Positions 1 to 12,392 of a DNA stretch of 64,000 bases are shown here, in pieces. The notes under the pieces were generated by a model. It saw nothing but the letters and a program-made list of their open reading frames with translations, was not told the origin of the DNA and searched no databases. How positions within the stretch are numbered: the stretch's first letter is position 1; each line of letters begins with the position of its first letter. A program made the position numbers and the translations under genes. The DNA is taken from positions 198,338,001-198,402,000 of the forward strand of contig OX597815.1 of assembly GCA_951406725.2 (NCBI GenBank), written 5' to 3'. The DNA is from Octopus vulgaris (Eukaryota).

Positions 1-1584
1 GGAGAATCTCTTTCACTACTTATTTTGATTTATATTGTTATTTTCATCTATCTGTCCTACGGAAAAACGCCTATCTTTACAGTATAAGCTCTATTTTACT
101 CCAACATGACACTTTTTAAACGTCGAGCATAACTGTTCCCATATATATCGTTATGATTTTCGGAAATATTCATTTCACTTATTTTCTGTCTTTTTTCAAG
201 TTTCCCTAGATAAATATAAACAACTACGATGTACAAGGTTGTAAATAGGACCAAAATTGGCGTTTAGTGGAATAATTCCTTCCATAAATGAAAGCAGTTT
301 AATGCAAAGTCAGTGATGAAGTCCCTTTTTAACAAGAAGCTTTGGCATTAATATTTCAGAAAAGAGAATGGTAACATATTGAAGCTGGACAATCTAGTAT
401 GGAGAACTATATGATTAAATTTATTTGAAATACACAGCTAAGATAATTTCATGACCGGAACTGGTAACTGGGGATGCTTATAAGGCAGGTTAGATCCACG
501 AAAAGCAAATCCGGTTTAATTGGTGAGCACGAAATAATTGGTAGAAACAGATTTGGACAAGATTTATCAGGAATCATGCGAGAAGTGTAAAGCACAGCAT
601 TGGACGTGAAAGAAAGGAATGAATGTAAGTATTGATCGATATTTAGGAACAATGAAACGTCATGGAAATAGTAGGGGAAATCTAAACTTGAAAATTGCAA
701 TGTTAGGTGGAGAGCAATGAAAACTATTGAGAATAGAGTCAGAAAATTAACGATAGTAATTTTAGTGTCACATTAAATCTGCACTATTGCTTAAGGTTGG
801 CAAAAATTCAAGAGAAATTCCATGAGGTCCGACTTACATACTATTTCTCAAAATCCGTGTATACGTTACATAATGATCGTAAGTTTGAAACTCCGTAAGC
901 CGAGTTGCCGTATTGGAAAGGTGCTGCACGTGTTTGTCGGAGAGAAAATTACGTAAAAACAAATTTGTAATAATGTTAGACTGATAATTTAAAAGTAATT
1001 AATTCAATAAACGGAAGCGCAGTATAATTTTATTTCTTGAATATAATATTTTAATATCATCAGCCAAATGTTATTAAAACATTTTTTGCTTCTTTACAAA
1101 GTTCTTTCCGGCAGTCTTGTTTAACCTTTTCCAAATCTATTTACATCCTGCGCATTCATATTCCATAGCATGAATATTTATCGAAATAATCCGTCGTCTA
1201 AGAGAATCATCCAACAAAATTTAAGCAATAAATTTATAGTGTATCAAAAGATCATTTCACAAAAAGACTAACGTGAACTGAAGCAATTCATTGTATGTTT
1301 CCTTAAGACGTGTTTTAGTAGAAGAAAACAGTATCCAGGGCAAAGAATAAATAATCAAATAAATAAATAAAATATCTGTATCACCAACAGTAACATTGGT
1401 GAAATGTATAACAAGGATATCACTCTGACAAAATTTCTTTCAAAGAAAGGTATATATATATATATATTCAAAAATCAAAATCAAAATTATAATCACCCCG
1501 CAAATTTTTATGGATAACACCATACAAAATTCTGGTGCACCTAAATTAAGTACCATATTCATTTGAATCTAAATTGTTACTGAA

Positions 1585-1624
<40 letters not shown>

Positions 1625-1627
<3 letters not shown>

Positions 1628-2215
1628 CTCGATCCTCACTCGGACTAAACTTTTAGGTTCATCCATTTCCGTAAGATTCGTTAGTGAGGACCACTACCAA
1701 AGCAGATATCGGGCAATCCAGTCTGTCAGTATATATGCATTTACCGGAGAAATCAATGGATGATTTAGCAGAATGCACATGCGTCTACAACAAATTAATA
1801 GAAACAACTAAGCGCAATGCGATTCCATAAAGGAAAAATTCCTTCATTACTAAATGAGACGACGAGTGCCGAGGCACCTACATTGCTGTTTGTGTTGATA
1901 TTATTTTATACACATTAGTATTCCGCTAACTCATCCACAGATTTCTATCTTAAATGCTTATATTCTGACAAAGGGAAATTTCCGGCATCTGCCGAGCGAG
2001 CGGTCCTCCCTGACGAAGCCTGCGGAAATAGACGAAACAGATCGTTTAGTCTTAGTGATTTTCGAGTTGGTGGTGGGGTAGTTACAATCCCTGTCAGCAT
2101 GTGTGTATACATATGCGCGCTTCCTACAGTATTAAGAGAGTATTGTACCTATTATTCTAGCAATGTAGTTGCCTTTACTTACCTACATATTCAGGTACGT
2201 ATATACAGAAATATA
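1625..2215 (+). mobile_element. Element next to (TA)n with degenerate HHR-like motif at 2010-2051
   Basis: CTGACGAA-gcctg-cggaaa-tagac-GAAAC-agatcgtttaGTC; stem I does not pair well. The block starts directly after (TA)n; the right boundary is approximate. Confidence 0.4.
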
Positions 2216-2332
2216 ATATAAACAAGGAAATAGAAAGTAAAGGGATTTGGAAGTAATGGCTTTTATATCTAACTTTACCATTTAATGCCATCTCCCAACT
2301 CTGCATGTAGCCGAAATATTTCGAAGATTTTG

Positions 2333-2397
<65 letters not shown>

Positions 2398-2526
2398 ATA
2401 TGTATATATATATATACATGTATATATGTATATCTATTTATATATATATATATATCTCTCTATATATATATGTATATATGTATATATATATATACATGTA
2501 TATATGTATATCTATTTATATATATA

Positions 2527-2562
<36 letters not shown>

Positions 2563-3223
2563 AATGTGTGTGTATGTCCGTGTGCATGTTTGTGTACATG
2601 TATGTGTGCGCATACGTACAAACATTCATATATATATATATATATATATATATACGTTTAAATATTTACATCAGTGTCAGCCTCTCTCTCTCTCTCTCTC
2701 TCACTCTCTCTTTGTCAACACACACACACATACTACTTACATGGTTAACCTAAAACATCGAGTGCTTTTCTTTCGTTATTTATACCTGTGAATCTCCATT
2801 CACTTTTCCATCCACCTATTCAAGACCCTAATTTTTTCCGTTTACTTTTTTCACTATGATCTGATAGTGTTATAGGTTTCTTAGATTTCGATACAATATC
2901 AATCGATATTGTTATATCGAGATAGAGATGAAAAGCGTTCATACATCATTTCCGCAAGCATATTATGTGTTTTGCTAATCATGTAATATTATGAAAAACA
3001 CAATTATATATATATAAAGTATTTCTCAAGTGAGTGCACGTGCATCAATGGTGGTATTATCGCTATTATTCTATGATTGTTGTATTATCAAAACGTATTT
3101 GTTTGAACGATATTGTTGGTATAACGCTACTCTCTGTTGTATATCGCTTGCAAGATTCGCTTATGCTTCAATCTTTGTAATTAAATCATGTATTCTATGA
3201 ATACTAGTTGTGGCAGACAATAA

Positions 3224-3257
<34 letters not shown>

Positions 3258-3340
3258 CAACAATTGAGGGTAAAATTAATTAATTATTAATCAATTTCAC
3301 CAAGTGTTCAGTATGCAAAGGGACCATTTAAGGCGAATTC

Positions 3341-3727
3341 AAATTATTACATTATATAAAAGGGCTTAGTAAAATAAATTACTTCGCCGCATACTGAACT
3401 CATTAGAAATAGCAGCTAAAAAACTTTTTTAAAAGCTATTTCTAATACTTAAAGAGAATCTCTCTCATATATAGCGTTTGCTTAATTCAACTCACAAAAG
3501 TTTGGGGGTAAGGACATTAAAAAATCAAATGCTTAGCATTTGATTTTTTAATGTCCTTACCCCCAAACTTTTGTGAGTTGAATTAAGCAAACGCTATATA
3601 TGAGAGAGATTCTCTTTAAGTATTAGAAATAGCTTTTAAAAAAGTTTTTTAGCTGCTATTTCTAATGAGTTCAGTATGCGGCGAAGTAATTTATTTTACT
3701 AAGCCCTTTTATATAATGTAATAATTT
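3341..3727. repeat. Palindrome, 193-bp arms with 1-nt spacer, within a TA-flanked element (about 3257-3727)
   Basis: Centre aaatgct-t-agcattt at 3534. Arms match by eye out to 3341/3727. The left arm extends a further ~85 bp to the (TA)n at 3256. Confidence 0.95.
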
Positions 3728-3849
3728 TTATATATATATATATATATTCACGTGTATGTGTATGTATTTGCATGTGCATGGGTGTATGTGCACGTCCGTG
3801 TGTGTAGATAGTTCGATTGATGGACATACAGACACACATATGAAGAAAT

Positions 3850-3891
<42 letters not shown>

Positions 3892-3894
<3 letters not shown>

Positions 3895-4603
3895 TAACAA
3901 TTAAGGATAATCTCTTAATAAGGGATCTTAACAAGAAATTATCGGGTAGCTAGCGTGAAAACCTCATAAAAGAAAAGAATCCGAAAATAATTTTTTTCTT
4001 TTGAACAAATTAATTATATCTATATTGTATAGAGGGCATTATTACACATAAATGCCTCACACTAGGAGGGACAAAGTCATTACTACCAAAATTATACTAA
4101 TCATACCCAAATGCAGTTTTTCAAAGCAAGACATTTAAAAAATGAATTTAGTTCTGTATCACCGTGATTTCACATTCAACTTACGTCTAATGATCGTCAG
4201 CAGAACTGATTCTGAACACATCATAAATAAACTACCAACCTTACGTAGCGAAGACGAACAGACAACTGCTCACTCCGGCCAAGCACATGGAATGTTTATA
4301 AATCATATATCCGGTAAATGGCGGGCTTTTTACGAACTGCATGTCGGGTAATGAAAAGTATTTCGGAATAAGTTTAACAATTAAGGATAATCTCTTAATA
4401 AGGGATCTTAACAAGAAATTATCGGGTAGCTAGCGTGAAAACCTCATAAAAGAAAAGAATCCGAAAATAATTTTTTTCTTTTGAACAAATTAATTATATC
4501 TATATTGTATAGAGGGCATTATTACACATAAATGCCTCACACTAGGAGGGACAAAGTCATTACTACCAAAATTATACTAATCATACCCAAATGCAGTTTT
4601 TCA
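3892..4603 (-). mobile_element. HHR-bearing non-autonomous element, 1.48 tandem copies of a 480-bp unit, inserted in (TA)n
   Basis: 3892-4123 is identical to 4372-4603 (232 bp, period 480). The HHR lies in the intervening 248 bp, and (TA)n abuts both ends. Confidence 0.85.
4150..4207 (-). ncRNA. Type I hammerhead ribozyme (minimal, Penelope/retrozyme-like), core intact
   Basis: Minus strand reads AGUUCUG-CUGACGA-U-CAUUAGAC-GUAA-GUUGAAUG-U-GAAA-UCAC-G-GUGA-UA-CAGAACU. This gives a 7-bp stem I, canonical CUGANGA and GAAA boxes, stem II with a GNRA loop, quasi-palindromic stem III and an AUA cleavage triplet. Confidence 0.85.
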
Positions 4604-4608
4604 TATAT

Positions 4609-4639
<31 letters not shown>

Positions 4640-4647
4640 CATACATA

Positions 4648-4700
<53 letters not shown>

Positions 4701-5496
4701 GTTAGAATCTTTTGTTAATTTTATTGCGAAACGTGCTTGTAATTCTCAGACTTTTCAAGACTTAAACACATTTGTTCTCATGTTTAAAAAAATGAGGGAG
4801 CAAAAGAGAAAATATATATATATATAAAGACAAACGATGAAAGAGGTAAAAACTGTATGAGTGACATAACAGGAAGAGCATTCTAGAAAGATAGAATTTG
4901 TGACAAAAGCTCAGACGCAACACATACACACACACATAGTCACACACAGACATATTTCATGGATAAATATATGAAAAACAGTGAGACATCAGAGACAATG
5001 TGTGGTTGGCATAGGTTACTTTACATTAATCATCTATCACTTTACTAAGATATTTGGATATATGTCGAAATGAAAGTCTTTCCACTACTTTTCATTATCC
5101 ACATTTACTTAATTTGGGTCACCGTGATATTGATATTAGTTTTCGTCTTATCTTGATCTTTACACTGAAAATTATATTAATAACAATAGTAGTATAGTTT
5201 TGTTTGTATTTTTGTTGGTAGACAAAAGATATTGTCAGTGGATGGCAAAAGAAATTACGCATAGCTGGCTTCTTGTTTTACAAAGCGATTCTTGTCTACA
5301 TAATTATATTCTTGTTTAAAGTACCGTATCTACCACGAGGTTGAAAGGCTATCAGCACAATATCGTAGATAACATTTACTGTCTAGACAACTAGACAAGA
5401 AATATTATGTAAGTTGCCTACCAGGTAGCGAGCCGCTGAACGACACGTGCTATTTTCCTATTAAAAAGGTGTCGGTATATGTGTGTGAGTATAAAT

Positions 5497-5563
<67 letters not shown>

Positions 5564-5684
5564 CACACACATATATACACACACATATATATACATATAT
5601 ATATATACATATATATATATATACATATACATATATAAATATATATACATATATATATATATGTGCACATATATGCACCTGTAA

Positions 5685-5759
5685 TTATATAATCATTATA
5701 ATAATAATAATAATACTAATGATGATGATGATGATGATGATGATGACGATGACGACGAC

Positions 5760-5791
<32 letters not shown>

Positions 5792-5792
5792 C

Positions 5793-5853
<61 letters not shown>

Positions 5854-6009
5854 TTGTTGATGATGTTGACGATGATGATATCTAAAACTAAAGTCAATGT
5901 GTGTTAGATAATCCAATTCAGTTCTGACGGATATCGCACAAGCAACTGTTACATAGAATTCTCTCATGAGATCTCTGACGGCGGTTAAATATTAAATAGT
6001 AACACACTA
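5685..6009. repeat. Left copy of inverted duplication (includes (AAT)n/(GAT)n microsatellite)
   Basis: Reverse complement of about 7766-8170, with roughly 3 mismatches in the ~130-bp unique part. The ORF track shows near-identical peptides on opposite strands. Confidence 0.92.
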
Positions 6010-7476
6010 AAACAATTACGATTACTCATTGGAGAATAAGTTAAATTGTGACTGGCGAAGGTGAGCAATGAGCTAGTAATATATGGCTAAATCTTGTAAC
6101 AAAATATATCTGGGCTTATTAACCAGATTCTCAGCTGAGGTTCTGGTTACAAGTAGGAAAATGATTTCAAATTTTGTCTAAGGGTCAGTGATTTTGGAGA
6201 AAAGGGTAAGTTGATTACATCCGTCCCAGTAATTTATTGGTATTTAATCTATCGATAAGGAAGCCATGAAAGGCATAGTAGTCCGCAGCGAAATTTGAAC
6301 TCAACATGAAGAAGGATGACATGCCGCTAAACCATTTACCTGGCGTGCTAAAGATTGTGCCATCTCGGCACCTAGGCGGCAAGGAGATTAATAAGCTGAG
6401 AAAGAGGAGATAACAAATGTCAGAAAAGAATACTGCGATGAAGGCAGAAAATATTCGGCCATTTAGAAGGACCAGCAATCGTTATAATAATCCTTTCTAA
6501 TATAGGCACAAGGCCTCAAATCTGAGTGACAGATTTACAACCGCCTATGCCACCTTTACCATGGCATTACTTAGTGATTCGCCAAAATATCATGCCTTCA
6601 AAAAAGAGCCGAAGCATCTTCTTCAACTATTTCCAGTACAGGAGTACTGACCCATGTCTAAATCAAGAAAAAGACTAAAATATACATACATATGCAAACG
6701 CACTCTTATACTCTTACAAATATATATACGTATGCAGGCGTGTTCGTGTGTGTACAACGTATTGTGTGCAACAAAATTTTCCTTGTATTTGTTTAATTTT
6801 TAAAAATTTTACTTCTCACCATTATTCTCAATATTCTTCATCTCCGGGATTATATTCCGATGCGTGTATTTTGTTTTATTCCAATTGCCATTGTGAACAT
6901 GTACTTCCGGTAAACTATTTCCTTATTGTTTAAACTGGGTCTTCTGTTTGTTATGCATCATGCCTTAGTGAGAAAAAAATATTGTTTTATTGTCATCGAA
7001 CAATGCAGTAAATATATCAATTGTTTATTAACGTATTTCTTACCATACATAGAAATTTATGCATGAAAATCTTCTTAGGCAACTAGTACAGAAATATAAC
7101 AGGAAAATCTCTGCAAAAATCGAAAAATACCTGAGGAAATAGATCCACAGACAAACGGAAGGAGTCCTTCTGTGTAAAATCTTAAACGACTATTCGAACA
7201 CAACATACATTGCAGCATTAAAATATTTCCTGAAAAACTAGGTAAAACGTACAGTAGAAATATAATTTGACCAAGAAGTATGATTTGTAACAAGAAGTCT
7301 TGTGAAGTGTACAACAAATAATTCACGCGAGAGGAAATCATTCGAGATAACACAAAAATATTGAGACTTGGAAGGCAATGAGAGAAGAAGCGTAACGAAT
7401 GAATAATCAAAGAACAGTGAGGCAACGTAACAAGTTCTCAGTTATATATTTAAGAGTGTATACATATGAGTGTATG

Positions 7477-7568
<92 letters not shown>

Positions 7569-7652
7569 TATACATATATATACATATATATATATACATA
7601 TATATACATATATATATACATATATATATACATATATATATATATATGTTTC

Positions 7653-7701
<49 letters not shown>

Positions 7702-7765
7702 ACAATTTAGGAATGGTCTTAACAGGCCATTCGTCCACTAGACAGAGCAGCCATAACTCCAACCG

Positions 7766-8037
7766 TAGTGCGTTACTATTTAATATTTAACCGCCGTCAG
7801 AGATCTCATGAGAGAATTCTATGTAACAGTTGCTTGTGCGAAATCCGTCAGAACTGAATTGGATTTTCTAACACACATTGACTTTAGTTTTAGATATCAT
7901 CATCGTCAACATCATCAACAACATCATCGTCGTCGTCATCATCATCATCATCATCATCATCATCACCATCATCATCATCATTATCATCACCATCATCATC
8001 ATCATCATCATCATCATAATAATCATCATCGTCATCG

Positions 8038-8072
<35 letters not shown>

Positions 8073-8097
8073 GTCATCGTCGTCATCGTCGTCATCG

Positions 8098-8134
<37 letters not shown>

Positions 8135-8170
8135 TATCATCTTCATTAGTATTATTATTATTATTATAAT
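7766..8170. repeat. Right (inverted) copy of 5685-6009 with longer (CAT)n tract
   Basis: tagtgcgttactatttaatatttaaccgccgtcagagatctcatgag... is the reverse complement of 5880-6009 and continues through the triplet repeat. Confidence 0.92.
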
Positions 8171-8173
8171 TAT

Positions 8174-8210
8174 TATCTGGCATTAGAAATTTTCTCCTGC
8201 CCTTATCTTG

Positions 8211-8276
<66 letters not shown>

Positions 8277-8313
8277 CAAGATAAGGGCAGAAGAAAATTT
8301 CTAATGCCAGATA
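8174..8313. repeat. (TA)n-centred palindrome with ~40-bp unique arms
   Basis: tatctggcattagaaattttctcctgcccttatcttgtaaa-(TA)n-tttacaagataagggcagaagaaaatttctaatgccagata, one mismatch. Confidence 0.95.
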
Positions 8314-8717
8314 CGCCGAAACAAACAAATTTTCGATACGCATTAAATTTATGCGTCTCGAAACAAACTGATAGAAATCTCTAAAATAAATCCGTTATTA
8401 CCGTATTGGTCCAATTTGGGGGTTAATTCACAAGAAATTTTCCCCTCGTCAGCGGCACATACGCGAGATATACGAAATACTTATTCATACCCACGGAAGA
8501 AGCAAGCACCAAGTCCCGAGCAGATTTAAGTACCCCAATATATCCAAATAGAAAAATCTTCGGCGCACCTCGAGACACGTGTGATTCGAACTAGAAACTT
8601 TCACAGAGTGATAGAATCCGGAAGTGAAACACTAATCTATTTATAATTGATATACGATAAAAAATTTTTGGGGAAAAAAATTTTTCCCGAAAAAAATTTT
8701 ATTGTATATCAATTATA
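8274..8717 (-). mobile_element. TA-flanked HHR element ending in a hairpin (8642-8717)
   Basis: Bounded by (TA)n on both sides and contains the HHR at 8400-8456. Imperfect palindrome tataattgatatacgataaaaaattttt...aaaaaaattttattgtatatcaattata. Confidence 0.65.
8400..8456 (-). ncRNA. Type I hammerhead fold with G12>C core substitution (probably inactive)
   Basis: Minus strand reads GCCG-CUGACGA-GGGG-(19 nt)-CCCC-CAAA-UUGG-A-CCAA-UA-CGGU. All three stems pair, but CAAA replaces GAAA. Confidence 0.75.
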
Positions 8718-8744
8718 TATATATATATATATATGTATATATGT

Positions 8745-9056
8745 AAAATTCTATAATTATAAGCATAATCATGATTAGGGTTCAGCAAAAATTGCTTCAC
8801 CACATACCAAAATTTGGAAATAGCAGTTAAATACTATTCTTATAGTAGTGGAATAATATTTAACTGCTAAACCTAATTTTCCGTATGTGGTGAAACAATT
8901 TTTCCTGAACCTTAATTATAATTATGCTTATAATTATAGAATTTTTTTATAAGGTTACCGATAATGGTTCTTTTAACATACCGAACTACTTGGTAAAATT
9001 ATTAATTATTAATTGATTAATTAATTTTACTCTTACGATGTTGCATAGTATTACAT
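8745..9056 (+). mobile_element. Diverged relative of the 3257-3727 element, with imperfect palindrome 8745-8945
   Basis: The reverse complement of 8961-9043 aligns with 3257-3330 (gtaaaattaattaat...ccaagt.gttc.gtatg...gaccatt). Arm aaaattctataattataagcataat... pairs with ...attatgcttataattatagaatttt. Confidence 0.75.
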
Positions 9057-9123
9057 TTAATTCTTTAAACATATATACAGCTTTACATAGACCATGCAAG
9101 TGTATATATATATATATATATAT

Positions 9124-9407
9124 ATAGAATGGTTGTATACAGTCAATCTAACACGAACGTGACAGTACGGGGGTACACCACTGCTGTATAGCCCTAGGAA
9201 GCATCGACGCCTCCTGATGGCTTTGACACATTTTTCCTGTGTCCTTATATACATTTACGAGTATATATATACGTAAATGTATATAAGGACACAGGAAAAA
9301 TGTGTCAAAGCAATCAGGAGGCGTCGATGCTTCCTAGGGATATACAGCGGTGGTGTACCCCCCTACTCTCACGTTCGTGTTAGATTGAGAGTATACAACC
9401 ATTCTAT
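9124..9407. repeat. Palindrome, ~136-bp arms around a short TA run, between (TA)n tracts
   Basis: atagaatggttgtatac...catttacg-agtatatatata-cgtaaatg...gtatacaaccattctat, with several arm mismatches. Confidence 0.95.
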
Positions 9408-9456
9408 CGCCCCACCACCATACATGTCTCTATGAGAGATTTAGAAATTTAGTATT

Positions 9457-9529
<73 letters not shown>

Positions 9530-10461
9530 GTGATACATAAAATACTAACGGATTATTGTCGGTCAAATTGGTTTAACTACGTATTGATTAGAGCGAATAA
9601 ACTTGGAGCCACGAAACTGAGTGTAAGCTTTGCTGAATTTTGTGTGTCGGTGTAGTGTAAAATTGGTAAAAATGCTAAACACGAGATTAAACTCTTACGG
9701 AGAACATTTTTTTGGCAATGAGCTACGTAATAAAAAGGAAGAGAACAATTTAACTGATATATTAATCGCTTCTCATAATCGTAAATAATAATTCATATTT
9801 GGGATTGCAACATATCTGGTAAAGAAATGAAACAGAGACAATACCAATATAATAACAAAACTAGAAATCATATAAAAAGAAACTTGGTCTCATCTGCACT
9901 GTTATACATGTATGTTGCACTCACGGAAAAAAGTATTAGTTTCTCTTGCGTAGTCTACGACATATATATATATATATATATATGAAAGAGAGAAAGAGAG
10001 GCATAAGAGAGAGAGAGAGAAAGAGAGGGGGTGAAGAGGGAATCAACTATAGCAACAACGACGAGGGTAATGACACATAACAGATAATGCGCCAATGAGA
10101 TTAAGAGTTCGTTGTTAGAAATAGAAATGAAATTTGCATAAATAATTTCACAATTGTTCATATGTATTGTAGTGAAAAGCTCTAGTATTAGGTTTCTTTC
10201 TTTATTCCCTTTGTTATTATTACATATTTCTTAATTTTCTCTGTTTATTTTTATCTTAAATTCCGATACAAATGGTGAGACGTCATGATGCTATTGAAGA
10301 TTTAAAATGCAATATGAAATATTCCAATATTTTGGATGATTAGAGCCTCCGTTTCAGGTTTTAAATCACATTTAGTCATCCATAGTCATATGTTCTCTAT
10401 GTCTGTCTTAGTTTCAACATGCCTATGAAATTGTTAATTATTAATATTATTGTTATTGTTG

Positions 10462-10493
<32 letters not shown>

Positions 10494-11212
10494 GAGTGAG
10501 AGAGCAGTTCATGCCATCAAAGTGACACTGGGGTAAAATATACGAAGCCCAATATACCCATCATGACTACCCGTCTGATAAAGGTACACCAGGCACATGC
10601 ATCACAACCATTTTTGCGCGTCATGTTGATCTCATATCAATATAAACAGCACATGACCTTGCAGGTGGGGCCCAGTTAGAATTTTCTTATGGTCGAGTAG
10701 CCCATCCCGTTCAAAAGATCCTTGAATAAGGATTGTTTAAGGATGTTGAACGAACCACACATGTTTCCAAAGGTGAATTATCCAAACCTCTAAGAATACC
10801 TTTCAACACACGGCTATGATGCTCCCCCACTACTTCTGCTTGCGGTCAGAGATGCACATATTGTCAGCCACTAAGGGACATGCTCAACTGCTTAAGATCA
10901 AACAACTGACAAGTAAATTTGTGGTATTGAGCACATGTATCACAATATTTGCGCGACATGATGATCTCGTATCAAGATAAACAGCACTTTGCAGGTGGGG
11001 CCCTGTTAGAATTTTCTTCTGATCGAGTAACTCATCCCGCTCTAAAGGTCCCTAAATAAGGATTGTTTAAGGGTGTTGAACGAAACACCCATGTTTTCAG
11101 AGGTGAATTATTCATGCCCCAAAGAATCCCTATCAACACATGGCTAAGATACTTCCCCTCTACTTCTGCTCCTTATCACAGATGCACATATCGTCAGCCA
11201 CTAAGGGACATG
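10494..11212. mobile_element. Interspersed repeat bounded by (ATT)n, with internal ~300-bp tandem duplication
   Basis: Approximately 10600-10885 repeats at 10935-11212 (gcaggtggggccc.gttagaattttctt...cagccactaagggacatgct). The same family recurs at 38910-39240. Confidence 0.75.
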
Positions 11213-11903
11213 CTTATTATTTATATTACTATTATTATCATTATTATCATTATCATTTTCTTTTTGTTTTCTTGTTGCTGTTCTTGTAAATGTTGTAATT
11301 TCCAACACAATGGTTACGATATCTTTTCTTCTTAGTGTTATTACTACTATTCTTTTTACTACTGTTATTGTTGTTGTTGCTAATATTTATGATTAAAAGA
11401 AAAAAATGATAATAACTTGGCGGACTTAACAGGGTTAAGTTCTGCGATTTGACACTTCTACCTCTAAACGTCATAGAATACTTCCTATTCTTAGTTAACC
11501 AATCATTACAAAGGTAAACGGTGTCAAACTGTACTGTATAAAATACATCTCAACAATATATCAAGACATATTATCTTTCTTTGTTTTGTCTTTGGATTTT
11601 GCAGTAACGTCCAACGCATTTCATATGAGAAAATCATAACTTGTCCTACGATAAGTTTTATACGAATTTATATAGACAAAAAAGAAATAGACCGATTTTA
11701 TGCGAATAAATATAAAGAAACTTTTATGGAAATCTGGAAAGAAACTTGTTATGAAAATCATTATTTCATTGACTGAAACAGCTCACTTTTCAAATACCAA
11801 AACTATATACGTAGGAATACGGTGTAAAGATGAAGATTTAAAAATAGCAGGTGGAATAAACTATGAAAAGTAGATATTAGATGAAAATTTTAATCAGAAT
11901 CTG

Positions 11904-11958
<55 letters not shown>

Positions 11959-12001
11959 CTCTCTCTCTCTTTCACTCACTAACATATACATACTTACGCA
12001 T

Positions 12002-12035
<34 letters not shown>

Positions 12036-12123
12036 ATAGATACATAGACAGGCAAACGGACAGGTACATAGATAAATTTGGATGTAGTTGTATGTATATA
12101 TATATATAAATATAACTGTAGGA

Positions 12124-12222
<99 letters not shown>

Positions 12223-12331
12223 TATAGATAGATAGATAGATGGAGGGATGGATGGATAGATAGGTAGATAGGTAGTCAGACAGACATATAGACAGACAGA
12301 CAGACAGATAGATTGATAGATAGATAGATAT

Positions 12332-12390
<59 letters not shown>

Positions 12391-12392
12391 TA
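12124..12392. repeat. (GATA)n/(GACA)n tetranucleotide microsatellite
   Basis: Direct reading. Similar tracts at about 17180-17262, 33950-34048 and 62190-62333. Confidence 0.95.

Noticed and set aside
7814-7855. HHR-like ttct...GAAAtccgTCagaa
   Set aside because: No CUGANGA box and no convincing stem II.
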